From Schizochytrium sp. TIO01 (lineage: Eukaryota; Protista; Bigyra: Labyrinthulomycetes): a stretch of 64,000 nucleotides of DNA. The notes under the pieces are model-generated. The model had not been told where the DNA came from and did not search any database. It was given only the letters and a program-made list of their open reading frames with translations. Where the stretch lies: the NCBI GenBank assembly GCA_004764695.1, contig SMSO01000032.1, positions 3,938,483 to 4,002,482 on the forward strand, in the 5' to 3' direction. A program made the translations under genes and the position numbers. The first letter of the stretch is position 1. Each line of letters begins with the position of its first letter. Of the stretch, positions 48,801-60,384 are shown piece after piece.

Positions 48801-49399
48801 TGGAAGAATCTCTTCTTGCACATTTGCGACAAGGGGTCATTTCACCTATTTCAGTGGCGCGCAGGCTTCAAAAAGCTCCTTCAGAACTCATGAACTCAAT
48901 TGTATTTGAACGTGAACACCAGGTTCTTCGAGCGTACAGACAATATAAGACTGTTATTAGTAAATGGGACTTTATGGTTCCAACCGAAGTACAACCGCTC
49001 AAGTTCGCCTCGGAGGACGCGGAACCTGCATCTGTCCTTAGTGGAGACTTAGCTGAAGGGAATTCGCCGGATCTGACATGGAACACGATTCATCGACGAA
49101 TTCTTTCGGACGGTATTATATGGAACGAAAGTACAAACATGCAATACTGGGTTGAACGAATTGCTCAATGGATTCCACGTGCTGACCTTGGAGTGTACCT
49201 AGTTTTACGTTGGGCAGCAACATATTTGTTGGGTGGTCAGGCAGCTGACTTTTTCATGAAACTGACTGCGAATATACCTCCAGAAGCCCTTTGCCAAGCT
49301 CTATCACTGCAACGCACTATCAAAACTCCTCGAAAAAAAACACGACTAGATTTGGGGGTTCCTGTAAGTCTTAGCAGCAATTCATCTTTGCAAGCATGA
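45873..49399 (+). CDS. Disordered SQ/TQ-rich N-terminus plus degenerate class II photolyase-like domain; probable exons 45873-46195 and 46351(or 46381)-49399
   Basis: VRFDDNWALGLA, FSIDSDCILPP, HLRQGVISP, PDLTWN..HRRI..DG, MQYWVERIAQW follow the order of class II CPD photolyase motifs. The upstream ORF ends at a CT|GTAAGT donor (46196); TACTGAC at 46319; AG acceptors at 46350 and 46380 are both in frame. Confidence 0.72.
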
Positions 49400-49671
49400 C
49401 TTGGGCATTTTAAAATCTCTTGCTCTACAGAACTGAACAAACGTGTTCAAAAAAGTATGATAAATTCATTACGTGTACATTAGGTTACTCTTTTGAGCTT
49501 CTGCAAGGATTTGTACTGGCAGAAGTGCATCATAACACTTATTCGGCATAATGAAAGTGTTATTTAAAGACCAAATTTCCACGTTGACAAGTCGGTATAT
49601 ACAAGAAAGTAAAGAATATGAAAAGGTCCTGCAAACCTTCTATTTATTAAGAACGAATGTATGTGACTAAT

Positions 49672-51507
49672 TTAGGTTTCCTTCTTGACCTTGGCTTTTG
49701 ATCCCGGTCCACGAGCTGCTAAGCCCTCATCTTTGACATCTTCGTCGCTATCCCCCTCAGTTGGGTACGCATATTTATGTGCTTTTTGCAGAGGCCAGTT
49801 GTGAAGGCGCTGCAGGCCCTCGCAGTGCATTTCCCGAAGCTGGTTACGATGAGCCTCAGCAAATTGTTCGTGACGATGACTGTACTTTTCATCCATAAGG
49901 CGCAGCTGCCAAAGTTTCTTCTCACCATTGTACACAGCAACTGAGTCCAGCATCGACTTTGACATAGCTCCCTTGACCTCTTTTGCAATGCTTGCTCGCG
50001 ACACTTGGCCCTTTGGGGCCTCACAAAAGATGGCAAGGATGATATTACGCACCCAGTTCCGCTGATAGTCCGCAATATCGTCTCCTGCTTGCGCTGTACC
50101 AAAGCGGTATTCGTTATAGATATCACTGCGCAAGTACCATGCGCCATGAATAAGGTGAGCAAATGAGCCAATAGTTTCAGGGAGAGCGCGGAGAACCTTG
50201 GCATCAAGGTTGCCAAAAGCCGCATTGAGTGAAGTTTCAATCATTTGTGTGGTAACGTAGGAAAGTCTAATAAGCTGACTGCGGATATGCTCCTCCACAG
50301 TTTCAGCCTTTTCGGGGACAGCTTCAACAACCTCCTCCTTATCCTGGCGAATTTTAGGAGCCAGAACATTAAGGAACTCCATGCTGGAGAGCTTAAAGGC
50401 GTTTCCTGCAGGAATGGAACCCTTGCTTGAGACAGCTTTCTCTACAGAAGCTGGTTCTTTCGCAGATGCTCCTCCGTTGTCAGCCATCTCCTCATCATCA
50501 GAAAGATCATCCCAGGTGTTCGGTTTTGCTTCGGGTGGGGTGTAGCGAAGTTTTGCAAATCCAGCGCTAGCTTGTTCAGTGTTACGTTCATGCACACACA
50601 GATCGACCCAAGGTTCTTCGTTAAGTTGCTGTTTAACCTTGTGAAAGCGCTGACGGTTTGGGTCATGCGTGGACTCACGTTGCAGAGCCACAGGCTGCGC
50701 CATAGCCTCTGCTGCCTTAGCATTCTTCGTTGCGTTGTCTGGTGCTCCCTCGCCTTCGATGGGGCCATCTTGAGATTCGAATCCTGTCTGGATGATCGGC
50801 AGCATGTCATAGATGCCTTGCAAGGGCACCAATGTGACACTCTTAGAGTCCTTATCTACGATAGCAGCAGCGTAGCATCTCTCGTTGGTGTTGAGTCTAA
50901 CTGACCTAAACTTTTGCTCGCGAACCTTTGCAGTGTATGCATTTCGTTCCTGCTTGTTCATGTGCTCTGTGTGATACGGAAGTTCAAAGGAGCTGTTGCC
51001 CTGCTGCGGGTCATCTCCTGGAAAGGCATCCAAGACATCTACGGAAGTCTCCAAGACCTTGTTTTTCGGCTTAAACCGCGCTCCAGATGTCCTCGAGGGC
51101 TCTCGCACCACTGACCTCAGCGGGTACCTTAACATGTACAGCTGCTCCTCGAGCTCTCTGTTCAAGTACAAGTCAAAAATATGCTCCACAGGGTCTTCAT
51201 CAGCGTCAAGATCTTCATCTTCGAGATCTTCCTCTGCAACATCGGTGCCCTTTCCAATGGACTCCTGCTTCACACTGTTACCTTCAATGCCGTTGTCATC
51301 GTTATCGCCATCTTCCTCCTCCTTGATCTCGTTGTTGCCTTCGCTACCCACAGATTCCTCCTTCATGTTATCGTCCTCGCCATCACCATCAACACCTTCG
51401 TCTTGATCCTCAGTGACTTCCTCTTCTTTCAGCTCCTTCGGTTCTGAAGAATCTGCGTTGCGCTCGTCGATGTCCATGCCGGACTCGTTGCCGCCAGTGG
51501 TGGCCAT
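49672..51507 (-). CDS. POLR3E: RNA polymerase III subunit RPC5 (Rpc37/POLR3E, Sin-N domain)
   Basis: EDPVEHIFDLYL...LYMLRYPLR...ARFKPK...YAAAI...LVPLQGIYDMLP and EEPWVDL motifs after an acidic N-terminus. Confidence 0.82.
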   Translation of the reverse strand: MATTGGNESGMDIDERNADSSEPKELKEEEVTEDQDEGVDGDGEDDNMKEESVGSEGNNEIKEEEDGDNDDNGIEGNSVKQESIGKGTDVAEEDLEDEDLDADEDPVEHIFDLYLNRELEEQLYMLRYPLRSVVREPSRTSGARFKPKNKVLETSVDVLDAFPGDDPQQGNSSFELPYHTEHMNKQERNAYTAKVREQKFRSVRLNTNERCYAAAIVDKDSKSVTLVPLQGIYDMLPIIQTGFESQDGPIEGEGAPDNATKNAKAAEAMAQPVALQRESTHDPNRQRFHKVKQQLNEEPWVDLCVHERNTEQASAGFAKLRYTPPEAKPNTWDDLSDDEEMADNGGASAKEPASVEKAVSSKGSIPAGNAFKLSSMEFLNVLAPKIRQDKEEVVEAVPEKAETVEEHIRSQLIRLSYVTTQMIETSLNAAFGNLDAKVLRALPETIGSFAHLIHGAWYLRSDIYNEYRFGTAQAGDDIADYQRNWVRNIILAIFCEAPKGQVSRASIAKEVKGAMSKSMLDSVAVYNGEKKLWQLRLMDEKYSHRHEQFAEAHRNQLREMHCEGLQRLHNWPLQKAHKYAYPTEGDSDEDVKDEGLAARGPGSKAKVKKET

Positions 51508-54339
51508 GATGGCTGCTCGCTATTGCAGAGACTGCTACTGCGGCTGGTGCTGCCCTTTCTGCTGGTGCTGGTGCTGCTCCTGCCAGTTTTGGCAGTCCGC
51601 AGCGACCGTCTCACGAACTCGCGCTTGATCGAGTGCGCTGGCGCGGAAGGCGAAGCCTGTTTGACTCGCGATTCGTGTCACCATCTATTTCTCTCCTTTT
51701 TCTTCGCTCTTCTTATTATGATACTTATGTAAAGTGACTCATCAATCAATCATTATCAACCAAAACAATGTTTCATTCGCCTTTACAGTACTGTATATGT
51801 CCAAAATAGAGCAAACAGAAATAGAGACCCACTAGCACTTCTGCTATTGCTAGTTAGGCAGAGAGGTTAAGCAGCGAATTGGAGGGTCTTTGTTTATGGC
51901 GGAGATGCTCCAGTTCTACAGAGAATGGGAGGATGCCGAGTTTCTAGCTTTGGTTGGGCAGGAGGGCACTCCTGGAAGAGCTAAGCAGCAAAGCCATTTC
52001 ATTATCGTACTTTGCAGGTTTACATTAAAGCTGAAGTAGCTCTGGCCGTTAAGGATTGAGATGGATGTGGTGGTGGGGCTATGCAGAATTCATCTTGGAA
52101 ATTGCATTGATGGAAGCTAGGAAAGAAGCTAGTGAGTGAAAAACTCGAATGATTTTATCAGAAGAACGAACATATCTATGGCTCGATTAGCATATAAATT
52201 ACTGGATACAGTTCATCAACTCTGTTGGGAAGAGAAGACTTAGGCCCGAGTCAAAGCTAAGCTGTAAGTCTGTTCTTGTTTTTTTTTTTAATTTTTTTTT
52301 AAATAATTATATATGGATGGTATGCGATTCTACTAGCTCGAGAAGACATAGGACCTATGGGACTACATGCTTTCCCAGAAAACAAACAATTGAATTTGTC
52401 CAATTCACCCTAAGTGATGTCATCAATTATCAATATGAAGAACTTGCATGTTTTCAAGCGAGTTTCCGCCATCACCAAACTCCTAAGCATAAAGAATATA
52501 TAAAGGAGTGTTTAATTCATCATGGTGTTTACTTTAAAGGACTCAAAGCGATTAAATGCAATGTCTCTTAAAATAGAATATATTATCTCAATTTTTTTAA
52601 AGTTTTTTTTTAATCACTTAAATACCGATTCCACCTAAGGACCGTCCATGTTATCACCCCAAAGCACGTGTACCTGATAAAAAAGGATTAGAAACATATT
52701 TCCAAGATAATGCACCACAAGGACATGGACAAGTACCTCAATACTTATATTTCTACAAACTGTACTAGGACACACGTAAGGAATGCAACAAATGAAAATT
52801 ACAGGCTTTCTACGAAATGTTCAACTTACACCGCTGTAAGTATCAAAAACGAAAGAAAGCACCCTCAGCATTCACCGTCAGTACACCACTGAAAGCAAGA
52901 CAACGCACAGAGTTACGTGAATGTGAATTTGCTGAAGGCTTGGAAGTCTTTGCGATAAGCTCTCGCTTAAAACACCCCTGAAAAGCGAAACACACAAACT
53001 AAATTCAATTGCTTGCAATGGTGGGGCTTGATGTGCGTATCTTCTGTACTGCCTGTCATATAGCTACCATTTTAGAATCAACAATCAACATTGCCTACAT
53101 GGTAGGTACCTCTTCCATAACTTGGAAACAAATCAGCATTTCCCCCTTTGTAACCCACACCTGTTCAAGACCTCGAAATAAAAAAAACAGAGCAAACTCA
53201 CAGTCTATGGGATACTTCCTTGTTGGTCCAAGCTCTTTTGATTGCTAAATTCGTGCTGTTGAAAACTCATCATTCTGATACACCGCGCTGTGCCCTCCAC
53301 ACTAAATGCCAACTTGCACTACATATAGAAGCTGTTGCTTTCTTTAATAGTTACCAAAGGGGTTTTCGACGGGTGTTGCACACAAGTCCTAACAGCGGTG
53401 TTCAATGCAGCTGCAGTGGTTACAATCTCCCGACCGATTAAGCTACCACAGGTGTTGGCTGGCCAGTCAGTCTGTATCGGTTCGCGAAAGAGGGTCCGGT
53501 CCATTTGTGTTGTGAGTTCCAGCAGAGAGACCGCCGTGTGTATCATGGATGTCTAATGTAATCGACTATGAACTGTCCAATTGAATCACTCACAAACACT
53601 CACACAAAGAAAGCAATCATACAAAACCAGATACCTAAACATATATGCAGTTATTACATGCATACAAGTAATTAGAGGCCGGCTTTTGGCCCGCCCTCAG
53701 ACTAGGCCACAAGACAGAGTCCGACACCTGTGGCGAATAGCCTGCTAAACTGCTTCGCGCTGCCAAACCACAGGGTCGTACGGTGTCAGTGACGCTTTCG
53801 GCGACCTCAACAGCACAAATCTTAGTTTTCCCGATGGCTTTATGGGCCGAAGAATCTCGAGGTTCGTCTCCGAGCAGGACAGCGAAAGCACAAAAGAATT
53901 TTATCTCCTTGGCATGCGACTATAGAGGTCGCTTACCATATACTATAGGGATCGCTGGCCTGGTGAAAACAAAGAATAATAAAAGGAAAAGAAAAGAATA
54001 GTTGGTTATAGGGGTGCTTATGGAATGGTATAGGAGTTGGGGTGAAGGGACGTTAAAGAAGGAGTGATAGAGGCAAGACTTGTAGTAGGATTGCTCATCT
54101 TTCGAGTGCAGGTAAAAGTGGGAGGACTCAAAAAACAGCAGAATTGCAAACGACGAAAAGAGTTACAAGCAGTTGGGAGGCAAGAGCTTGAAAGCGTGGG
54201 ACTCTAGCTCGAAGACACCTTGCGGATACTTTGGCTCAACCAAAGCTTCAACGTGAGACAGTGTAGGCAAGAAAAGGGAAGTTTCGACCACAAACTCGGG
54301 CTGTGGAGGACTTGGGAACCTGCAATACCTTGGAAAGAG

Positions 54340-54999
54340 ATGAACGCGCTTGTGGGCTTGCCTCCTGCAGGTTTCACTGCGAAGAAGAGCTTACAATGTG
54401 AGGACTTAAGTGCGATATCTAATTCATTACGAACATTTTCGTTGTCGGCACCGTCGCCTAGTCATCATCATTATGGATGTGCGGAAAATTGTCACATGCT
54501 AGAGGCGGCGAAGAAAATGCTTGCGCACAGAACAGTATTGAAATCCAAAGAGATGCAACAAGAAGAAGACTGGTTGAGCTGCGTGAAGATGGCGGTAGCA
54601 GTTATGCTTAGGATTCCAGGCATGGAGTCCTCTGTTATCAAACATATGCTGGAATTCGTTATTTGCGAGTGTGATCTGTGCCAGCCAGTAACTCTTCACA
54701 GGGCAGAGCTAACAATGCGAACACGATGCTGCAACAAGATGTGCTGTCGTGAGTGTCTCAAAAATCATTGCAGCAAATGCTGCAGCAAAGAATTTTTTTG
54801 TAAGAGGTGCGGAAAAGATGCTTGCCCGCATTGCACTGACCATTGTACCGGGTGCTGCCAGGATAATGCGAAAATGTGTTGCTATTATTGTAATTCCCTT
54901 CTGTGCATTTCATGCACAACATCTGTCCAAAACGGCTTCCATATGATTGCACTTTGCCCAGATTGTGACAATACTATGGGAAGGCAACTTCGCTTGTAA
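54340..54999 (+). CDS. Small cysteine-rich protein, putative multi-zinc binder
   Basis: About 25 Cys in the C-terminal ~100 aa in CxxC/CC spacing; first ATG at 54340. Confidence 0.65.
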   Translation: MNALVGLPPAGFTAKKSLQCEDLSAISNSLRTFSLSAPSPSHHHYGCAENCHMLEAAKKMLAHRTVLKSKEMQQEEDWLSCVKMAVAVMLRIPGMESSVIKHMLEFVICECDLCQPVTLHRAELTMRTRCCNKMCCRECLKNHCSKCCSKEFFCKRCGKDACPHCTDHCTGCCQDNAKMCCYYCNSLLCISCTTSVQNGFHMIALCPDCDNTMGRQLRL

Positions 55000-55269
55000 A
55001 GTCATTCTTTATGCCAAAAGAATTTCACGGAAAATGAAGTTCTGAACTCTTTTAGAATGATATGAACGTGACACTTGCTCCTTTAGAGAGATAGCTTTTC
55101 TTTGCAATGCGATGGACTGTGTTTTCTCTGCTCAGAGTATGAAATTTTGCAAATATAGAATGAATGACCATACCCTCAAAGTCTAGATTACAATTATTAT
55201 GGTACTACTATTATTACTTTTCAAATACATTTATTACGCAACCTTCAAAAGAGGAAAAAAAATGAGTCT

Positions 55270-58200
55270 CTACATGTAACCTTTGTAGGGCTTCTTGTTT
55301 TTACGTCGATTAAGAGCAATTGTTGCTGCCTCTGTCTCTTCGCGAGCCTTCTCACTATCAATAAGCTCCTGGATAAAGTCATTGTGTTTTTCGTGTATAT
55401 GACTTAGCCATTCTTCAAGTTGCTTCTTACGTGCATCTTCACGTTGCTGTTTTGTTACAATGTATATAGTTTCCTGTCGTTCATAAATTGGGATGGTACT
55501 TTCAAGTTCCTTTTTGACCCGCGCTTCTTCCTCCCGACGCAATCGGTCTACGTTTCGATTGATCTTAGTTTCTGCGCGGTAAAAATCATCTTTGCCTACT
55601 GCATATACCTCTTTCATGCGAAGCTCCCGCTCAATATGATCAGCTTTAGCTTTGCTTGCAATTTCTTCTCTCTCTGCCTCCCTCTTTTCGATTGTTTCCT
55701 CACGATTGATGACGTCAACACCGTATAGCGCCTCAAAACGGGGAATCTCCCCTAAGGCCTTCGTCTTGAAAAAAAATGCATTCACGTGAGCCATCAGGTC
55801 ATCTCGCCATCGCCCTTCCGGCTCGAGTCGTGCCTTGACTGAGTTGGAAAATTCCCAGAAAGATTGGCGATCCGGATCAGCATTGGATGTAAGAACCCTT
55901 TGTAAGTCAATACAACAACGGCAAGCTTCAACCACGTACTGAACCTCAAATGCCCAATCAGCAACCTGACCATCCGAATAACCTGACCATAAAAGTTCAG
56001 ATCGTGGACCCCCTGCTGCTACATCGTTGGCAAACTTTGCGGGGAGCTTACTCAAGGGATTATGGGTTACCCGAAAAGTCTCGAGCCTATGGAGTATTTT
56101 TGCTAGGCTTGGAGGTATAGCTTTTAGTCGATTGTGGTGTAAATCAAGATGCCGGAGTGCTGAGAGGGAAGACATTTCACTTGGCAAGAACTCTAATACG
56201 TTGCTACTAAGATCCAATACCTCGAGAGTATCACAGAGATTGCCAAAAGCAGCAGGTAGCTCAACAATATGGTTTCTTGACAATAGAAGTTTTTCTAAGT
56301 TCCAGCAACCAATGGTTCCGGGCATAGCAGTGAGTGCATTGCCATTTAAATTAAGCTCTTTTAATTTGAGTAATGCACCCATGGATGCAGGGAGCATACT
56401 GACTTTATTTTCCGAAAGATTCAATTTCACAAGGTTACGGAGGGCCCCAATACTCGTTGGCAAGCGCCCCTCAATCTTGTTGTGCGAGAAATCTAGTTCT
56501 ACTAAGCTTCCCATTGCCCCGATTTCCTCCGGAATCTGTGTGAGTAAGTTTGATTGTGCGTCTAGAGCAACAAGATATCGCAATCGTCCAATCTCTGGTG
56601 GTAACGTGCGAATCATATTGTTGGCGATTTGGAGATGTTGAAGGGTTCTCAGTCTGCCAATTTCTCGTGGCAGACGAACTATCCTGTTTCGAGAGACATC
56701 AAGCCTAAACAAGGTTACAAGACCTTGAATACTTGTTGGTACTTCAATTAGATCATTATGTCCTAACATAAGAACCTGAAGAGCGTGAAGCTCCTGAAAT
56801 GAATCTGGCAAACGTCGCAGATCATTTCCGGAAAGAATAAGTGATTGCAGATTTTTTAAATGCCCTATATTACTAGGAAGCTTCTGCAGGCTATTCCATG
56901 ATATGTCTAGCGTCTGCAGGTTTTCAAGTTGTGCAATCGTGTCAGGGAGCTCGCGTAAGGCGTTTAGAGAGACATCTAGAATGTTTAACGTTTGCAATTG
57001 ACCAATGTTTTCCGGGAGGCTCTTGATTGCGTTTTTATAGATCTGCAAGCTGCGGAGGTTCAATGTTGCAATCTGCTCAGGAACAGCCTCTAACTCGTTT
57101 TCAGCAACATTTAAGATGACTAGCTTTTTCAGGGTGCCAACCTCTTTAGGCAAAAACCGAAGGCGATTATGAACGAGATCCAGTATCTCCAGGCTTTCTA
57201 GAGCTTCTATCTCTGCAGGAAGCGACGTGAGTCGGTTATTACCCAGCTGAAGTTTTCGCACGCCACCACACCAAAAGAAGAGTCCCTGTTTAGGTAAGCT
57301 TTCGAGTTTGTTATGAGACAAATTGATGCTGACTAAATATGTTAGTCGATCCTGCGCTCCGGGACCCCGATATATGGTTTCTGGGATTACTCGAAGTCCC
57401 TTATTAGGTAGATCTAGACGGTCATCTCCGCGGCGAGCTCGTGCCTCTTTTTCCTGATGCAAGCGCAGTTCGCGTTCTGCGCGACGATCAGCCCGCTCCT
57501 TCTCTTCTCTATATCGAATCTCTTTGTTAAGCTGAGCTCGTAATTTTCTCTCCCGTTCTTCAATGCGCTTTCTTTGACTTAGCTCAAGTTTTTTCTGCCG
57601 GCGTAGCTCGCGTTCTGCTTTGGAAATTTCCACTTTTGCAGCTACTGCTTCTCGTCGTCGTTGTAGTTTTTCTGCTCGCCTTTTGTTATCGATTTCCAGA
57701 CGCAAGGCCTGGGCATCTGCGTACGCCTTTGCCTTCGCCGCGTCGAACTCGCTAGCTTCCTCTTCCTCTTCTTCAATGACAAGAGTACACAGACGCTTTT
57801 TTCTTTGAGCAGTAGTTCCTCTCAACATGCTTTTGAGCTTTTTTTCATAGATCTTTGATATACCCTTAAGAGCCTCGTTTAAGTCCTCGGTAGGGCTATC
57901 TTTCATGGTCTCTTGTAGTTCCTCTTCCTCACGAGCTTGCTGTTCCTTGATTCGAATACTTATTTCGTGATTCACGTCACACAAGGAAATCCATATTTCG
58001 CGAAATTCATCATACTCAATCTCCCCAGAATGGTCTTTGTCGTGCCGAGAAAACAATTTTGCAGCTTTTTCTCTTGTCATTGATGCCAAAGGAAGAGTAT
58101 TCATTACCTCGTAAAACTCTTGTTCATTAATAGCTCCGGAACCATCATAATCAAAAAGCTCAAATGCATCGCGAGCGCTGAGACGTGTCTTTGGGCGGAG

Positions 58201-59547
58201 TTGGTCGTTAATATGAAGTGCTAAAGGAAGCTCATCGAGCTCTACTGTCCCACTCCGATCCAAATCACAGGCTTGGAAAAGTTTTTGTAACCTTGTTTCG
58301 GTTAGAAAGAGTCCCAAATTCTCCATGGCTGCTTTAAACTCCTCAAAGTCGATTGTACCTGAGCCGTTACGGTCAAAGTATCTTAGCTTAGCACGCAATA
58401 ATTTGCGAATAGAGCGTAAACCAAGACCCTTTTCCCATGTTGTTGCTGCACGCATTTTATTTTGAATGTCTTCTGCTTCTATCAGTGCGTCCTTTTTTTT
58501 TGGATTCTTGCGCTGCTCTGAAATCTTCGTTAAGTTACCATAGAAAAATACTGCTGGATACAGACTGACAGGTCTTGCTTCAGCACGTTTGGCTATCACA
58601 AGTCCGCACCACTCAAGGGGCTTACTTACTATGGTAGGGTACTCCTGGTCAAGTTCGATGCATAAATCGCCAAAAAAGAAGTTGTGATCCAAATCTGCTT
58701 TGAGGTCTAATGGTGTTTCCTTGACTTTACTCTCATCAAAAAGACACTGCTCAAGGTTTCCTAGGAAAATGACTCTAGCTTCTGCTTTGTTCATCTTTCC
58801 TGATTCTTCTTTTTCTTCAATGCTAGTCATTTTAGACTTTGCTTTTCCACGAACGAGAAAGACACTAAGTTGTGTTGCATACTGCCCAACTAAATTAAGA
58901 AACTCTGCTGAGAAAGCAACACGGTATGAACTACCTAATTGAATTAGATGTACTTTAAAAGTACCTTTATCCAAGAAATTTCGGATTGATAACTCGAAAG
59001 ACTCTGAGGCCTTGCTTGAGTTTTCAGTACCATTACTTTGCTCTTCTTCCTTCTCTTTCATTTTAGCCATTGCAGCAGATGCTGCAGCAGGTGTCATAGT
59101 TCGCAGAGATAAACCAATAGGCTCATCGACAGCCCTAATACGGGCACGTTTTGCTGCTTGTGCTATATAGAGCTTAGCCTGGCTCCTGATTAAGGGCTTT
59201 AGCTCACGGACAGAACCTGACACCTGAAGTTGTTTTTTGCTAGGTAGTTTGGCAACCACGCTTCGTGATGACTCTTGTGGCTGAGATTTAATCGAGCGAG
59301 ATGATTGGGGTCTTGCTAAATCCTCACCTCCCGCAAGCCCTTTGATATCGTCATCCTGCCCGGTTGCTATTTTTGATGGCCCCAAGTTTCTTGCCGTGGA
59401 TTTGCCTTTTCGGAGCTGCAGGTGAGGTTGCAAAACATCATCAGGGGCAATCTTTTTAGGATCTGCCTTCGTCTGGCCGACAGGTGGCAATATACTTTTA
59501 GCCGTCGCTGTTCGACTAAGAGCTCCTGTTCCCAATGTGGACGACAT
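55270..59547 (-). CDS. EF-hand and leucine-rich-repeat protein
   Basis: Four canonical EF loops (DRNGSGTIDFEE, DLDRSGTVELDE, DYDGSGAINEQE, DKDHSGEIEYDE), E/R-rich helix, about 20 LxxLxLxxNxL repeats; first ATG at 59547. Confidence 0.9.
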   Translation of the reverse strand: MSSTLGTGALSRTATAKSILPPVGQTKADPKKIAPDDVLQPHLQLRKGKSTARNLGPSKIATGQDDDIKGLAGGEDLARPQSSRSIKSQPQESSRSVVAKLPSKKQLQVSGSVRELKPLIRSQAKLYIAQAAKRARIRAVDEPIGLSLRTMTPAAASAAMAKMKEKEEEQSNGTENSSKASESFELSIRNFLDKGTFKVHLIQLGSSYRVAFSAEFLNLVGQYATQLSVFLVRGKAKSKMTSIEEKEESGKMNKAEARVIFLGNLEQCLFDESKVKETPLDLKADLDHNFFFGDLCIELDQEYPTIVSKPLEWCGLVIAKRAEARPVSLYPAVFFYGNLTKISEQRKNPKKKDALIEAEDIQNKMRAATTWEKGLGLRSIRKLLRAKLRYFDRNGSGTIDFEEFKAAMENLGLFLTETRLQKLFQACDLDRSGTVELDELPLALHINDQLRPKTRLSARDAFELFDYDGSGAINEQEFYEVMNTLPLASMTREKAAKLFSRHDKDHSGEIEYDEFREIWISLCDVNHEISIRIKEQQAREEEELQETMKDSPTEDLNEALKGISKIYEKKLKSMLRGTTAQRKKRLCTLVIEEEEEEASEFDAAKAKAYADAQALRLEIDNKRRAEKLQRRREAVAAKVEISKAERELRRQKKLELSQRKRIEERERKLRAQLNKEIRYREEKERADRRAERELRLHQEKEARARRGDDRLDLPNKGLRVIPETIYRGPGAQDRLTYLVSINLSHNKLESLPKQGLFFWCGGVRKLQLGNNRLTSLPAEIEALESLEILDLVHNRLRFLPKEVGTLKKLVILNVAENELEAVPEQIATLNLRSLQIYKNAIKSLPENIGQLQTLNILDVSLNALRELPDTIAQLENLQTLDISWNSLQKLPSNIGHLKNLQSLILSGNDLRRLPDSFQELHALQVLMLGHNDLIEVPTSIQGLVTLFRLDVSRNRIVRLPREIGRLRTLQHLQIANNMIRTLPPEIGRLRYLVALDAQSNLLTQIPEEIGAMGSLVELDFSHNKIEGRLPTSIGALRNLVKLNLSENKVSMLPASMGALLKLKELNLNGNALTAMPGTIGCWNLEKLLLSRNHIVELPAAFGNLCDTLEVLDLSSNVLEFLPSEMSSLSALRHLDLHHNRLKAIPPSLAKILHRLETFRVTHNPLSKLPAKFANDVAAGGPRSELLWSGYSDGQVADWAFEVQYVVEACRCCIDLQRVLTSNADPDRQSFWEFSNSVKARLEPEGRWRDDLMAHVNAFFFKTKALGEIPRFEALYGVDVINREETIEKREAEREEIASKAKADHIERELRMKEVYAVGKDDFYRAETKINRNVDRLRREEEARVKKELESTIPIYERQETIYIVTKQQREDARKKQLEEWLSHIHEKHNDFIQELIDSEKAREETEAATIALNRRKNKKPYKGYM

Positions 59548-60384
59548 CACAGCGGCGCGACCAGGATTTGGTACAAGAATGTTCTCTGCGCATTCGCGAC
59601 CAAAGATAACGTCTATCAAATGCTTAGCGTTCAACGCTTAGAGCAGATTGTTACTATAACCTATGGTACTAGTTTACCCTTCTCAGTAAAAATCCCATAG
59701 AACTATCGAGATGATGTTTTCTTTCCTAAACTATTTTTTCGGATATTACAAGTACTTGTTGTCCTAATTTGCGACGCCTCATTGGTTGGCGGTGGTTGGT
59801 CCTATTGCTGCAATGAGGAGTTCTCACTATTAAACTCTCGATATCTTACCGAGGCGTTGTTTCTCCGTTGCTAGTTTGTCTCTCTGGTGTAGTATTTATC
59901 TTTCAGCAATGTCCTTTTGATAAGTACTTTCAAATGCTAGGGTGTGTACTGACTTGCAAAATAGCCGTTGATGATATCTCACATCATATAATGAAGATGG
60001 TATATATTTTTTTTTTATGGACACGTGGACAGTACGTCGACATTATCAAGGGACTGTAGCGACATCAATAAGAAGAGCCATCAATCATAGGACCTACAAT
60101 CCTTCATCTTGAGCAAAACGGGTGTACTGCGTAAGAATTTCATGAGGATGATCCATACGAACTATATTTAATCAAATCTTGAAGAATTTTTAAACATTCG
60201 TAATTGATTCATTGTATTCGAGGCATAAAAGAAAAGTGATAGCAAATCAAAAGTTCTTTGTTGATTTCAATTGAAACCTTACTTTGCTGAGCTGCACACA
60301 AAGTCTCTTTGGCCTTCCGCAATCGAAGCTTCCGTGTGCGTTTGTACAAACAACTCACAGCGAGCCTCGATGAGGTAATAGAGT

